IMG/VR virus record: IMGVR_UViG_3300024287_000090
Coordinates: 1 to 36,223 of that record
Length of the DNA: 36,223 nt
Direction: 5' to 3' (one strand)
Source: a virus
Lineage: Duplodnaviria > Caudoviricetes
Part shown: in pieces, positions 27,577 through 35,020 of the stretch
Numbering within the stretch: position 1 is the first letter of the stretch
Layout of the letters: each line of letters opens with the position of its first letter
Notes under the pieces: generated by a model
The model's input: the letters and a program-made list of their open reading frames with translations, nothing else
The model's database searches: none
What the model was told of the DNA's origin: nothing
Made by a program: the position numbers and the translations under genes

Positions 27577-29027
27577 AACCTTCTCCCAAATACATTCTCA
27601 TAACCCTGCTTATCAGTTTCTTTCGGATTAATAAACTGTTTGTATTGGTCATATTGCGCTACGTATGGGTTGTGTTGATAATCGACAGTCCTGCAAAGAT
27701 AAATAAGAGCATCCACGCCATCAAGATGACCTGCCCCAGCAAGTCGTTCGTAGTCACTCCTTCTATTATTCCAAATACCCACGATAAGCTGATGAATAAG
27801 GTTATGGCAATTGGCATGTATTTTTATCCTGTTTTGCGCAAACATGTTACGGACTTTGTTTATGGCTGCTTCTTTGTCATATTTGTGAGCTGGTACGAAT
27901 GTAAGCTTATGGGTGATACTGAGATCTGTAATTTGTTGGAGGTCGTTGTCACATACTCGTATTTTGGGAGGTTTATTGTAATTTGATTCTTTTTCTTTGA
28001 CGAGTTTGGCGATTTCATCTGTTGTTTTATAGTTAATACATAACTCGTCTTCGATAACCACTGTAGCATTCTCAAAGTCGTAGTAACTAAACAAGACATG
28101 AGTGTTGTCAACAAGTCCAAGGTCCATAGCTGTATAGTTGTCATAATATTTTGGCCTAATCACACTATTCGATGGTTTTAGTGATAACATACTATCATTA
28201 TTGTCACCATTTAATGTCAAAACCTCATTAATGATATGTGTTTCTCGTTTAAATTCAGGGATAACTGACCTAGATGTCTCAACCACATCCTCACACATAT
28301 ACTCACGCTTAAACATCGTTGAGTCATAACCACCGCATTGCTTGGCGTACTCGTCAACCTGGTCAGATGTTAAGCGTGGGTTATCGTAGATGGTCTTGCG
28401 ATAGTAGGTATTGTTCTTCTTGCAGTCTATAACGAATTGGTAGAACTCATGTCCGAGTGATTCCGGCGTTGTTGATGTAAGGTACATCGAACCGGACACG
28501 CGCTGACACTGAGGAAGAAGAATATGGTTAACAACATATTCAGCATGAGACCAAAACCCCAATTCATCACATACGATAAGATGGGCAAAAGCACCACGAA
28601 GCTTATTGCCATGATCATCATCAGCACCCTCAACAACAATCGTAGATCCGTTAATAAAGTCAATGCTGTGTCCTTGGGTTTTCCATTGTGGCTTAACATG
28701 TTCAGGCACTCCTAATGTTAACATCTTGTAGGTTGGTATAATAATCTGCCTAGCTGACTCACGAGTTTGAGTAGCATAGACAATGCGACTATTTGGATGC
28801 TTAATGGCGTATTCCATGGCCAATGCAAGGAAGAACCAAGTCTTACCCCAGCCACGACCGCAGTGCAGCATGTTCTTGATATATTTTGATTTCTTGGTGA
28901 ATTGGAGATATTCTAACTGACCAGGATGAAGCAGGTAGGATAATTCACCACGTCTCCATAGTTCAGAGATGATGTGCTGATTGGTTAGGTTATTTAGATT
29001 CATCGTATGGATATGGCATACTACCAA
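27573..29027 (-). CDS. terL: Terminase large subunit
   Basis: Walker A CGRGWGKT, Walker B LIVCDE, LTSTTP motif III, nuclease DLG and HLDGVDAL; start may be ATG 29003. Confidence 0.95.
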   Translation of the reverse strand: MVVCHIHTMNLNNLTNQHIISELWRRGELSYLLHPGQLEYLQFTKKSKYIKNMLHCGRGWGKTWFFLALAMEYAIKHPNSRIVYATQTRESARQIIIPTYKMLTLGVPEHVKPQWKTQGHSIDFINGSTIVVEGADDDHGNKLRGAFAHLIVCDELGFWSHAEYVVNHILLPQCQRVSGSMYLTSTTPESLGHEFYQFVIDCKKNNTYYRKTIYDNPRLTSDQVDEYAKQCGGYDSTMFKREYMCEDVVETSRSVIPEFKRETHIINEVLTLNGDNNDSMLSLKPSNSVIRPKYYDNYTAMDLGLVDNTHVLFSYYDFENATVVIEDELCINYKTTDEIAKLVKEKESNYNKPPKIRVCDNDLQQITDLSITHKLTFVPAHKYDKEAAINKVRNMFAQNRIKIHANCHNLIHQLIVGIWNNRRSDYERLAGAGHLDGVDALIYLCRTVDYQHNPYVAQYDQYKQFINPKETDKQGYENVFGRRF

Positions 29028-29256
29028 TATTTACCATATTTAAATAGTCACTCAAACTTCCAGGATACTTGTTTCTTAACTTTTCCCTAACAGATCTGAT
29101 TAGTTTATGACTGTATTGTTTCCCGTACGTATCTCTGAACTCTCTTTTTAATTCCTTTGATGACATATCATGGATAACATCAGATGGTCGATTACCTGCC
29201 TTGGCTCTTATCTTTAAGAAACAATCGAATATGTCTTTCTCTTGTTCTGTCGTCAT
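28990..29256 (-). CDS. Hypothetical basic protein
   Basis: 88 aa ORF co-oriented with the operon. Confidence 0.65.
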   Translation of the reverse strand: MTTEQEKDIFDCFLKIRAKAGNRPSDVIHDMSSKELKREFRDTYGKQYSHKLIRSVREKLRNKYPGSLSDYLNMVNIGSMPYPYDESK

Positions 29257-29282
29257 AAATTCATCCGGTTACAGTTTGTAAC

Positions 29283-29447
29283 TCAATCCTTTTCAAAGTT
29301 ATTAATGGCAAGAGAAATAAAAACAAAAATAGCCAAGGCGTCACAAAAGCCATAATGGACGTACAATCTCCAAAACATAAATCCCAATATTGGAAACAGA
29401 AAAGCTATAAATTTTAAATTATCTCTTGTTTCGTAATCCATAGTCAT
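29283..29447 (-). CDS. Small two-TM membrane protein, 54 aa
   Basis: Not in ORF track; MTMDYETRDNLKFIAFLFPILGFMFWRLYVHYGFCDALAIFVFISLAINNFEKD; ATGA overlap. Confidence 0.65.
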   Translation of the reverse strand: MTMDYETRDNLKFIAFLFPILGFMFWRLYVHYGFCDALAIFVFISLAINNFEKD

Positions 29448-29635
29448 TCCTTAGGTGGCTCAGGCAACGGCATCCAATGGGTAACTCCTTCGACCTCTCT
29501 TGCACCAGCACTGGTATACTTACAGAAGTCATTTAATGTGTAAAATCCATATGCACCATAATTAACTTCAACTCCATCACTGAACAAAATCTCATCACAA
29601 TCAGGCAACCGTTCCTTAACCGATATCCAGCTCAT
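29444..29635 (-). CDS. DUF551-family protein
   Basis: [11 protein letters not shown]...[11 protein letters not shown]. Confidence 0.9.
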   Translation of the reverse strand: MSWISVKERLPDCDEILFSDGVEVNYGAYGFYTLNDFCKYTSAGAREVEGVTHWMPLPEPPKE

Positions 29636-29835
29636 TTATCCTCCGGAGGAGATGGCAACGGCATCCAGTGGGTGACATTTTCTACGTTTGTCGCTGTCTC
29701 CGTACTATACCATGAATCTCTATTGTCGTCGTAATAGGCAACAATACACATTAACATATTTTCATATAATACTAGATTGTTGGCATAGTCCTTATCGCCA
29801 GGCAATCGCTCGCTGCATTTAATCCACTCGCTCAT
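29632..29835 (-). CDS. DUF551-family protein
   Basis: [12 protein letters not shown]...[11 protein letters not shown]; start at ATG 29835. Confidence 0.9.
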   Translation of the reverse strand: MSEWIKCSERLPGDKDYANNLVLYENMLMCIVAYYDDNRDSWYSTETATNVENVTHWMPLPSPPEDK

Positions 29836-30079
29836 AGGTCGCCTCGAATATGTCTGGCTTGCATGGGTACACTTCATTCTTCACTCCCTTGATGACATAG
29901 TCTCCGCGCTCTGCCCGCATATCTCCCTCTAATGTTTTAATTATGGCATAATCAAGCTTACGCCACTCGCCATAATTAGTGGCGATGCAATCTGTTACTC
30001 TGTCCATGTACCAGTCTGGCATACAGTCTATTCCTAATCGGAAAGCTTCAATTACGATAGGTTTTTTCATATATCTCAT
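29819..30079 (-). CDS. Conserved phage protein (KPIVIEA...TLEG...GDYVIKGV...YPCKPDIF family)
   Basis: Widespread phage motif recognised by eye; likely start ATG 30079. Confidence 0.85.
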   Translation of the reverse strand: MRYMKKPIVIEAFRLGIDCMPDWYMDRVTDCIATNYGEWRKLDYAIIKTLEGDMRAERGDYVIKGVKNEVYPCKPDIFEATYERVD

Positions 30080-30090
30080 ACTTAATCCAC

Positions 30091-30315
30091 TCACTCATCT
30101 TTCCACGCCATTCCCGTGCACCCACTTGATTTTTCAAGTATACGCAGCATTGTCTTAACCACACTGAGCTCATCTACCTCTGGTACATGTTCTTCTATTA
30201 TGTCTTTATAAATATGTATGGCTATCTCCCAGAGTTCACCACAATTATTATTCTCCCATGCTTGTCCTTGTTTTTTTATCAGTTTCATTGGCTCTGTCAT
30301 TTTATATTTACTCAT
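30091..30315 (-). CDS. Hypothetical protein
   Basis: 74 aa, overlaps upstream gene. Confidence 0.65.
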   Translation of the reverse strand: MSKYKMTEPMKLIKKQGQAWENNNCGELWEIAIHIYKDIIEEHVPEVDELSVVKTMLRILEKSSGCTGMAWKDE

Positions 30316-30583
30316 TAGCTGGTCCTCTCATGCACAAACCTCTTGCACATTCCAACGCATAAGATAATTGGTCAAAATCCATATCCTTAAACAGATTAAA
30401 CGCCAACTCAGGGTCAATCTCTACCCATTTACATCCATTCCCTTTTGCCACATCAACAGACCAAAACACATCATGAATTAAAATAAAATCACCTTCCTCA
30501 TAACGAGCAAATTCAAAACCATTATCTAGGTGTTCGCTTTTGATTAAATACCACCTCCCATCAATAAGCTCATGTCTTGTCAC
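30308..30583 (-). CDS. Hypothetical protein (paralog of 27334-27576)
   Basis: WYLI...G..W..IDP.L.FN..K shared motif. Confidence 0.7.
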   Translation of the reverse strand: MTRHELIDGRWYLIKSEHLDNGFEFARYEEGDFILIHDVFWSVDVAKGNGCKWVEIDPELAFNLFKDMDFDQLSYALECARGLCMRGPANE

Positions 30584-31133
30584 AATTAGCCTCCATTACT
30601 TCCAATACAATATCTGCATACTTAATGGCTGACTGTTCGTAGCTTTTCTTATTGCCGTAAGAACCATATTCTACACCCCACGCGTCAGACATTATCGTAC
30701 TCGGTTCATCCGATCCCATCATATGAGCATAATGAATTAATGACTGACCAAGATCGGACATCTCCAAAATTTCTTCTTTATTGCTTGGGATAAATCCATC
30801 GTCCAAACAACTAGCAATCCTTCTGTATTCGTTTCTAAGTAAATCCTTTAGCTTCGATTCAGTGCACGCTTGTATGTTTATGGTTATTATTTTTCTAAGA
30901 TCATTTTGGTCTTTTATGGATTTAATTAACTCTTTTAACTTGTATTTGAAATTATCAGCTCTCTCATTATCTAATCGATAACAAACATGATCGGCTAGCT
31001 TCAATAGCCATTCTGGACCTTCTATCTCGTATGCTGACTCCAGACGTAAGCATTCACATTGATATGTGCGAAGTAATCCATTATTGCCAGCAATATCCTT
31101 GGTTAGTTCTTTGCCACAATTAGAGCATTTCAT
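30570..31133 (-). CDS. Hypothetical protein with N-terminal Zn-ribbon-like motif
   Basis: MKCSNCG...YQCEC. Confidence 0.7.
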   Translation of the reverse strand: MKCSNCGKELTKDIAGNNGLLRTYQCECLRLESAYEIEGPEWLLKLADHVCYRLDNERADNFKYKLKELIKSIKDQNDLRKIITINIQACTESKLKDLLRNEYRRIASCLDDGFIPSNKEEILEMSDLGQSLIHYAHMMGSDEPSTIMSDAWGVEYGSYGNKKSYEQSAIKYADIVLEVMEANCDKT

Positions 31134-31140
31134 TAATACG

Positions 31141-31168
31141 ATGATATCAGATTATTTAATTAAGTAAA
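31141..31168 (-). promoter_or_regulatory. Internal promoter for 31133 gene
   Basis: TTTACT-16 nt-TATCAT with TG extension; ATG 7 nt downstream. Confidence 0.55.
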
Positions 31169-31187
31169 GAGATATTAAGGTGGGATT

Positions 31188-31451
31188 TTATTTGTGGGGT
31201 AGGTCTTTAATTCTTTTTTCCAAATCCTCATTGATTTCAACTATCTTACAGAAAAATTCATGAGTAGGCATGAGGCGTCTTGAATCATGCTTCTCTGGAT
31301 AAAGTATGTGCATCATCCTGCTAGCAGCCTCGGCTAATTCCCGGTAGCAATCTTTTTCGAGATATATGTAATTGTTTAGATCAAAACAATGCACGGGAGT
31401 AATTGCTTTCAGCCTGAGAAGTGACGCCATTTGTTGTGATTTACTCTCCAT
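31188..31451 (-). CDS. Hypothetical protein
   Basis: 87 aa; TAAGGA RBS. Confidence 0.7.
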   Translation of the reverse strand: MESKSQQMASLLRLKAITPVHCFDLNNYIYLEKDCYRELAEAASRMMHILYPEKHDSRRLMPTHEFFCKIVEINEDLEKRIKDLPHK

Positions 31452-31611
31452 TGGCTAAGTCCTTAATGAATTTTTCTTGATAATCAAAACAATCACTAAG
31501 GCCGACGGTCTCATAAGTATGGCCAATAATTGCCGTTCCTGATTTTACGTCATCAGAGGTCGAAACAATAATTTTACTGCCATTGGGTAGTTCAAATTTT
31601 TTATTTTCCAT
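31441..31611 (-). CDS. Hypothetical protein, 56 aa
   Basis: Not in ORF track; MENKKFELPNGSKIIV...FIKDLANGE; TAAGGA RBS. Confidence 0.7.
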   Translation of the reverse strand: MENKKFELPNGSKIIVSTSDDVKSGTAIIGHTYETVGLSDCFDYQEKFIKDLANGE

Positions 31612-31765
31612 TAGCCAGGTCCTTAATATTGAATTTCTTCATAGCGCATTTATCACAATAAAAAGCACAAGAAGCCCAAATCCAATCATCTACTCGATAT
31701 CGAGATTTATTTGAGTTGCATTCATAGCACTTAGGATTTACTTGATAAGTCTCTTGCGATTGCAC
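31601..31765 (-). CDS. Small zinc-finger-like protein, 54 aa
   Basis: Not in ORF track; GTG start with GGAG RBS inside terS 3' end; KCYEC...YCDKC...IKDLANGK. Confidence 0.65.
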   Translation of the reverse strand: MQSQETYQVNPKCYECNSNKSRYRVDDWIWASCAFYCDKCAMKKFNIKDLANGK

Positions 31766-32135
31766 TGAGTGTCTCCGTAGAGCATCCTTCTAACATACGA
31801 GCAGCAGCTGAATCGTTTTTGTTATCTTCTTCGTGTCTATCTTTGTACTCATCAGGAGCAGCATTCTTCAGCATAAATATAAGAGTTGCATCTGATGGTC
31901 TTTTAGGGTCATCCCTTGCTAATAATGACTTTCTCTCCCACGCAGCGGCTTTTCCACACTTAGCTCTTTTTTTAGCTGCGGAAAACTCTGGATGTACCTT
32001 GGCCCATTCGTTTAATGTATCTACACAAACATCTATTGAATCAGCGAATGAATTAAATCCTAATCCACTCCTTAGACACTTCACTATCTCTTCGCAATAC
32101 TCTTCTTTATATAAAGTTGGTCGTCCACCTGGCAT
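31731..32135 (-). CDS. terS: Terminase small subunit
   Basis: MPGGRPTLYKEEYCE...TLNEWAKVHPEFSAA...TLIFMLKN, typical TerS HTH; first late gene. Confidence 0.85.
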   Translation of the reverse strand: MPGGRPTLYKEEYCEEIVKCLRSGLGFNSFADSIDVCVDTLNEWAKVHPEFSAAKKRAKCGKAAAWERKSLLARDDPKRPSDATLIFMLKNAAPDEYKDRHEEDNKNDSAAARMLEGCSTETLSAIARDLSSKS

Positions 32136-32144
32136 AATAATGTT

Positions 32145-32173
32145 ATTTTAGCGATATTAATCGAATTAGTCAA
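32145..32173 (-). promoter_or_regulatory. Promoter of terS/late operon
   Basis: TTGACT-17 nt-TAAAAT; ATG 9 nt downstream. Confidence 0.7.
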
Positions 32174-32177
32174 TAAA

Positions 32178-32204
32178 GCAAAAAGGCCCCGAGAGTAGGA
32201 GCCT
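32178..32204 (-). terminator. Rho-independent terminator
   Basis: AGGCTCC-TACTCTC-GGGGCCT-TTTTGCTTT. Confidence 0.8.
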
Positions 32205-32226
32205 AATTGCCAACAGGAGATAAGCA
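32178..32226 (-). ncRNA. Candidate small RNA B (about 50 nt) with anti-Shine-Dalgarno 5' end
   Basis: Extended -10 TGTG-T-TATAGT at 32242-32232, then GCTTATCTCCTG..., then intrinsic terminator; no ORF. Confidence 0.45.
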
Positions 32227-32246
32227 AATAAACTATAACACATATA

Positions 32247-32273
32247 AACTAAAAGAGCTACACCATGTAGCCC
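32247..32273 (-). terminator. Rho-independent terminator
   Basis: GGGCTACA-TGG-TGTAGCTC-TTTTAGTTT. Confidence 0.75.
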
Positions 32274-32315
32274 AATTAGTATCTTGATAACAAGATATCC
32301 TAAATATTTATCATC
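32250..32315 (-). ncRNA. Candidate small RNA A (about 65 nt, two hairpins)
   Basis: TTGAAT-17 nt-TATGGT promoter (32350-32322), TATCTTG/CAAGATA hairpin, then terminator. Confidence 0.35.
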
Positions 32316-32424
32316 AAAATTACCATAGCATTCTTAAAAAAATCATTCAATTAATTTTATGTGCTCAAACTTGATTATGCCACATAAGAGATCAAAGTAT
32401 TTTATTTAAAATGTAATTGATTAG

Positions 32425-32452
32425 TTGACAAATATCATGTTTGTGATATTAA
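32425..32452 (+). promoter_or_regulatory. Rightward early promoter with overlapping palindromic operator
   Basis: TTGACA-16 nt-TATTAA(T); AATATCAT-GTTT-GTGATATT in the spacer. Confidence 0.7.
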
Positions 32453-32497
32453 TTATTTCATGGTTTGGCGATAAAGCCATCCGAACAATGAGATAAA

Positions 32498-32665
32498 ATG
32501 AACTACGTAGAAGTAACAGACATCAAAACAGGCAATGGAGTTATATACACCATAGGCAACAGAAATTCTGCGCCTAAACGAGAGCTTAATCATCAGATAA
32601 GCTTATTGGTCAGAAAAGGCTCTAAAAAAGAAGACATAAGAGTTCAACTTAAAACATGCAAATAG
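32498..32665 (+). CDS. Small hypothetical protein, 55 aa
   Basis: Not in ORF track; MNYVEVTDIKTGNGVIYTIGNRNSAPKRELNHQISLLVRKGSKKEDIRVQLKTCK. Confidence 0.65.
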   Translation: MNYVEVTDIKTGNGVIYTIGNRNSAPKRELNHQISLLVRKGSKKEDIRVQLKTCK

Positions 32666-32673
32666 GAGATGAA

Positions 32674-32856
32674 ATGGACATCAAACAAACCCTGAGAGAT
32701 TCATGTGAGCGAGCCTACAATGACCTGGTTCAAGCATATAAGGACGGTAAACCATATACCGAACTAGATAGGTTATCAGACCTTATAGATACCAGAGAGA
32801 GGATTTATTACAATTACATTAACTGCATTTCACAGGAGACAAGCAATGGAAACTAA
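32674..32856 (+). CDS. Hypothetical protein
   Basis: AGGAG RBS before ATG 32674 (ORF track starts 32656). Confidence 0.7.
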   Translation: MDIKQTLRDSCERAYNDLVQAYKDGKPYTELDRLSDLIDTRERIYYNYINCISQETSNGN

Positions 32857-33217
32857 ATCAATACAAATAAACAAAGTAAGCCTCAAGGCAGACCCAACTC
32901 AGCTATTAGAATACGTGTTCTACCTGAAAGCTCAAATGAAGCTATTAGAACAGGACCTCAAGGACAATGAAGAACTGGTTATGGCCATCATCGAGTCGAA
33001 CAATGGTTCAGTGTCCATGGAGAGCGAAGAGCTATCAGGCAAAGCAACCGTATGTACGACTAAAACGTACATTTACTCCGATTCAGTAAGTGAGCTCATA
33101 GCCAAAAAGAAAGTACTTGAGACCAAGATTAAAGCTAAACAGATAATCGAAATTGCCAATGGAGCTGAGGTTAAATCAGTCAAAAAACACATTCGTTACA
33201 ATGTGGAGTTCAAATGA
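32846..33217 (+). CDS. Hypothetical phage protein (coiled coil plus beta segment)
   Basis: 123 aa, AGGAG RBS. Confidence 0.75.
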   Translation: METKSIQINKVSLKADPTQLLEYVFYLKAQMKLLEQDLKDNEELVMAIIESNNGSVSMESEELSGKATVCTTKTYIYSDSVSELIAKKKVLETKIKAKQIIEIANGAEVKSVKKHIRYNVEFK

Positions 33218-33459
33218 GCGAAAACATAATAAAATCAAGCAAAAAAAGACCAGTTCATAATGTAACCAAGGAATTAGAGAACTTAGCATATAGATTAGGG
33301 ATACTAATGGAACCTTCGCAGACCATATCTATACCGATGGATTTATTTGATAGACTTCAAAAAGAGCAAGGAGAGCCATTCAGGGATGCATACGTATTCA
33401 AAACGAACAGAACCATTCTTACCGTAACCAGAGACCATGAGTTAATACACGGAGCTTAA
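33214..33459 (+). CDS. Hypothetical protein
   Basis: 81 aa; ATGA overlap. Confidence 0.7.
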   Translation: MSENIIKSSKKRPVHNVTKELENLAYRLGILMEPSQTISIPMDLFDRLQKEQGEPFRDAYVFKTNRTILTVTRDHELIHGA

Positions 33460-33657
33460 ATGAAACCATTAATATTATCTATTTTTATTCTTAATTGTAC
33501 GAATATAAAAGAAAACAAAATACATGTCATATGTGACACCTACAACTACATGTACGAAGCAGATGTTGAATCTATCAGAAGAGATGGCAAGTACTGGATA
33601 ATCGTAGTCGACAGTAAAACATCCATCCGTATCCAAGGAGACTGCATTGAAAAATAA
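33460..33657 (+). CDS. Putative small lipoprotein
   Basis: MKPLILSIFILNC: short signal followed by Cys (non-canonical lipobox); GGAG RBS. Confidence 0.55.
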   Translation: MKPLILSIFILNCTNIKENKIHVICDTYNYMYEADVESIRRDGKYWIIVVDSKTSIRIQGDCIEK

Positions 33658-33829
33658 AAAAAATAAAATCATTCAAATGAGAATGACTGAATCCATGGTT
33701 ATCTACCTCGATAGTCTTAACCTCATGTCTAGGTCAGAAGCCATAAGGCTAATAATCGAAGAGCATAGGTTAATAGAAGGTATGTCTTTGAAATCATTAG
33801 TAAAGTATTATTCTTCAAAAAAAGAATAG
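33647..33829 (+). CDS. Ribbon-helix-helix (CopG/Arc-like) DNA-binding protein
   Basis: IIQMRMTESMVIYLD...SRSEAIRLII; AGGAG RBS before TTG. Confidence 0.75.
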   Translation: MKNKKNKIIQMRMTESMVIYLDSLNLMSRSEAIRLIIEEHRLIEGMSLKSLVKYYSSKKE

Positions 33830-34090
33830 ACTCCCATCCTTACATCATACTCTGTGCTCTGTTTTTTTTTATTTTTATTTGTTTGTTTTATCGAAGAGCA
33901 AGAGTAAGTTAATACTTGATACAATCTAATAGGTCTTAATTAACAACCAAGATCAGTGGTATGCATAATGTACCTTACTAATATTCTTAGAAGTATCATA
34001 TTTTAAAGAAAAAAAAAAAAGTAAAATTAAAAAAACTTAAAATTTATCGAAAAGCTTGCAATTTTATATTTTAGGGGTAATGAGAATAAA

Positions 34091-34110
34091 TGTCACGCAT
34101 GTGATATTAT
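34091..34110 (+). promoter_or_regulatory. Extended -10 promoter with palindromic operator
   Basis: TGTCAC-GCAT-GTGATA overlapping TGTG-A-TATTAT. Confidence 0.6.
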
Positions 34111-34143
34111 GTCGCAGTGAACAACTTATTATGGGGAAGATGA

Positions 34144-34665
34144 ATGTCCAAAACTGTGGGTAGCAGTAAAGAAGACAAGGAATGGCTGAAGAAGGAACTG
34201 GGTAACCTCAAGATTATGTTTACGGGTGGGTTCAAGCTTGAAGAAGACTTAAAAGACAAGTACGCAGAGGCTCTGGGTGACCTCAGGGTTGATTATCTTA
34301 TTGAGCTGTTCACTCAGATGTGGTCATGGAAAACTAATCGTCTACCGACCATTGCGGAGATAAGAGACGAATACAGGAAAATTAACCTCAAACATAATCC
34401 TCCGCCAAAGGATGACCGAGACCCAACAAAACCTGTTGAGGTTACAAAATCGGATACGCAGCTAAGGGACACGGTAATGAACTGTATGTATCTGTACTAC
34501 AAGCATAGATTTGATTTCTTTTCTAATTCAGAGTTTGTCAAAGAGGCCTACAAGAAGATATTCGGCGATGAGCCTTATGATTTTAATAAGTTCAAGAGTA
34601 AGATTACGCAGGAAATGGTTTATAAGTATGTGGAGAGTAATGGACAGGTTAAACAAGCAGATTAA
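34144..34665 (+). CDS. Possible replicative helicase loader/inhibitor (G39P / lambda P-like)
   Basis: YAEALGDL...RLPTIAEIR motif; next to AT-rich intergenic region. Confidence 0.55.
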   Translation: MSKTVGSSKEDKEWLKKELGNLKIMFTGGFKLEEDLKDKYAEALGDLRVDYLIELFTQMWSWKTNRLPTIAEIRDEYRKINLKHNPPPKDDRDPTKPVEVTKSDTQLRDTVMNCMYLYYKHRFDFFSNSEFVKEAYKKIFGDEPYDFNKFKSKITQEMVYKYVESNGQVKQAD

Positions 34666-34964
34666 ATATTCTTCCTCTTGGCTTCCTTAATAATCCCCTT
34701 TACCACCGCATCGTAATCATCCTCGTTATCTAAATCAAAATCACCGTAAATCTCAGAATGATGCATCATCTCACCAAACATAGCTGTTGAGAGGAAGTCG
34801 ATAATCCCTTCCTTGAAGAACATATAGCCCCGGTTTTCTGTATTGAGATAAATGGGCCTGTCATATGCGTACTCATTCCACGCATCGACGATTGCTTGAC
34901 GCTCTTTAGAGGTTAGTTGTTTTGGTTGAAGGTCGGTTTCGTTGATGGTTAATTGTGTCATCAT
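34662..34964 (-). CDS. Hypothetical protein, own transcription unit
   Basis: TAAGGAG RBS and upstream promoter. Confidence 0.8.
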   Translation of the reverse strand: MMTQLTINETDLQPKQLTSKERQAIVDAWNEYAYDRPIYLNTENRGYMFFKEGIIDFLSTAMFGEMMHHSEIYGDFDLDNEDDYDAVVKGIIKEAKRKNI

Positions 34965-34983
34965 AATTATCTCCTTAAGACTA

Positions 34984-35011
34984 ATAATATCACAAAAGTG
35001 ATACTCGTCAA
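34984..35011 (-). promoter_or_regulatory. Promoter with perfect palindromic operator
   Basis: TTGACG-16 nt-TATTAT; TATCAC-N4-GTGATA at 34988-35003. Confidence 0.75.
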
Positions 35012-35020
35012 GAAGATTAA

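Noticed and set aside
29836-29877. N-terminal extension of the DUF551 ORF given in the track
   Set aside because: Family start MSEWIK is at 29835; the extension overlaps the upstream gene
4680-32151. Numerous plus-strand and nested ORFs in the track (e.g. 6470-6844, 15882-16274, 21262-21600, 23774-24130, 31819-32151)
   Set aside because: Antisense or alternate-frame shadows of well-supported genes, with no recognisable motifs
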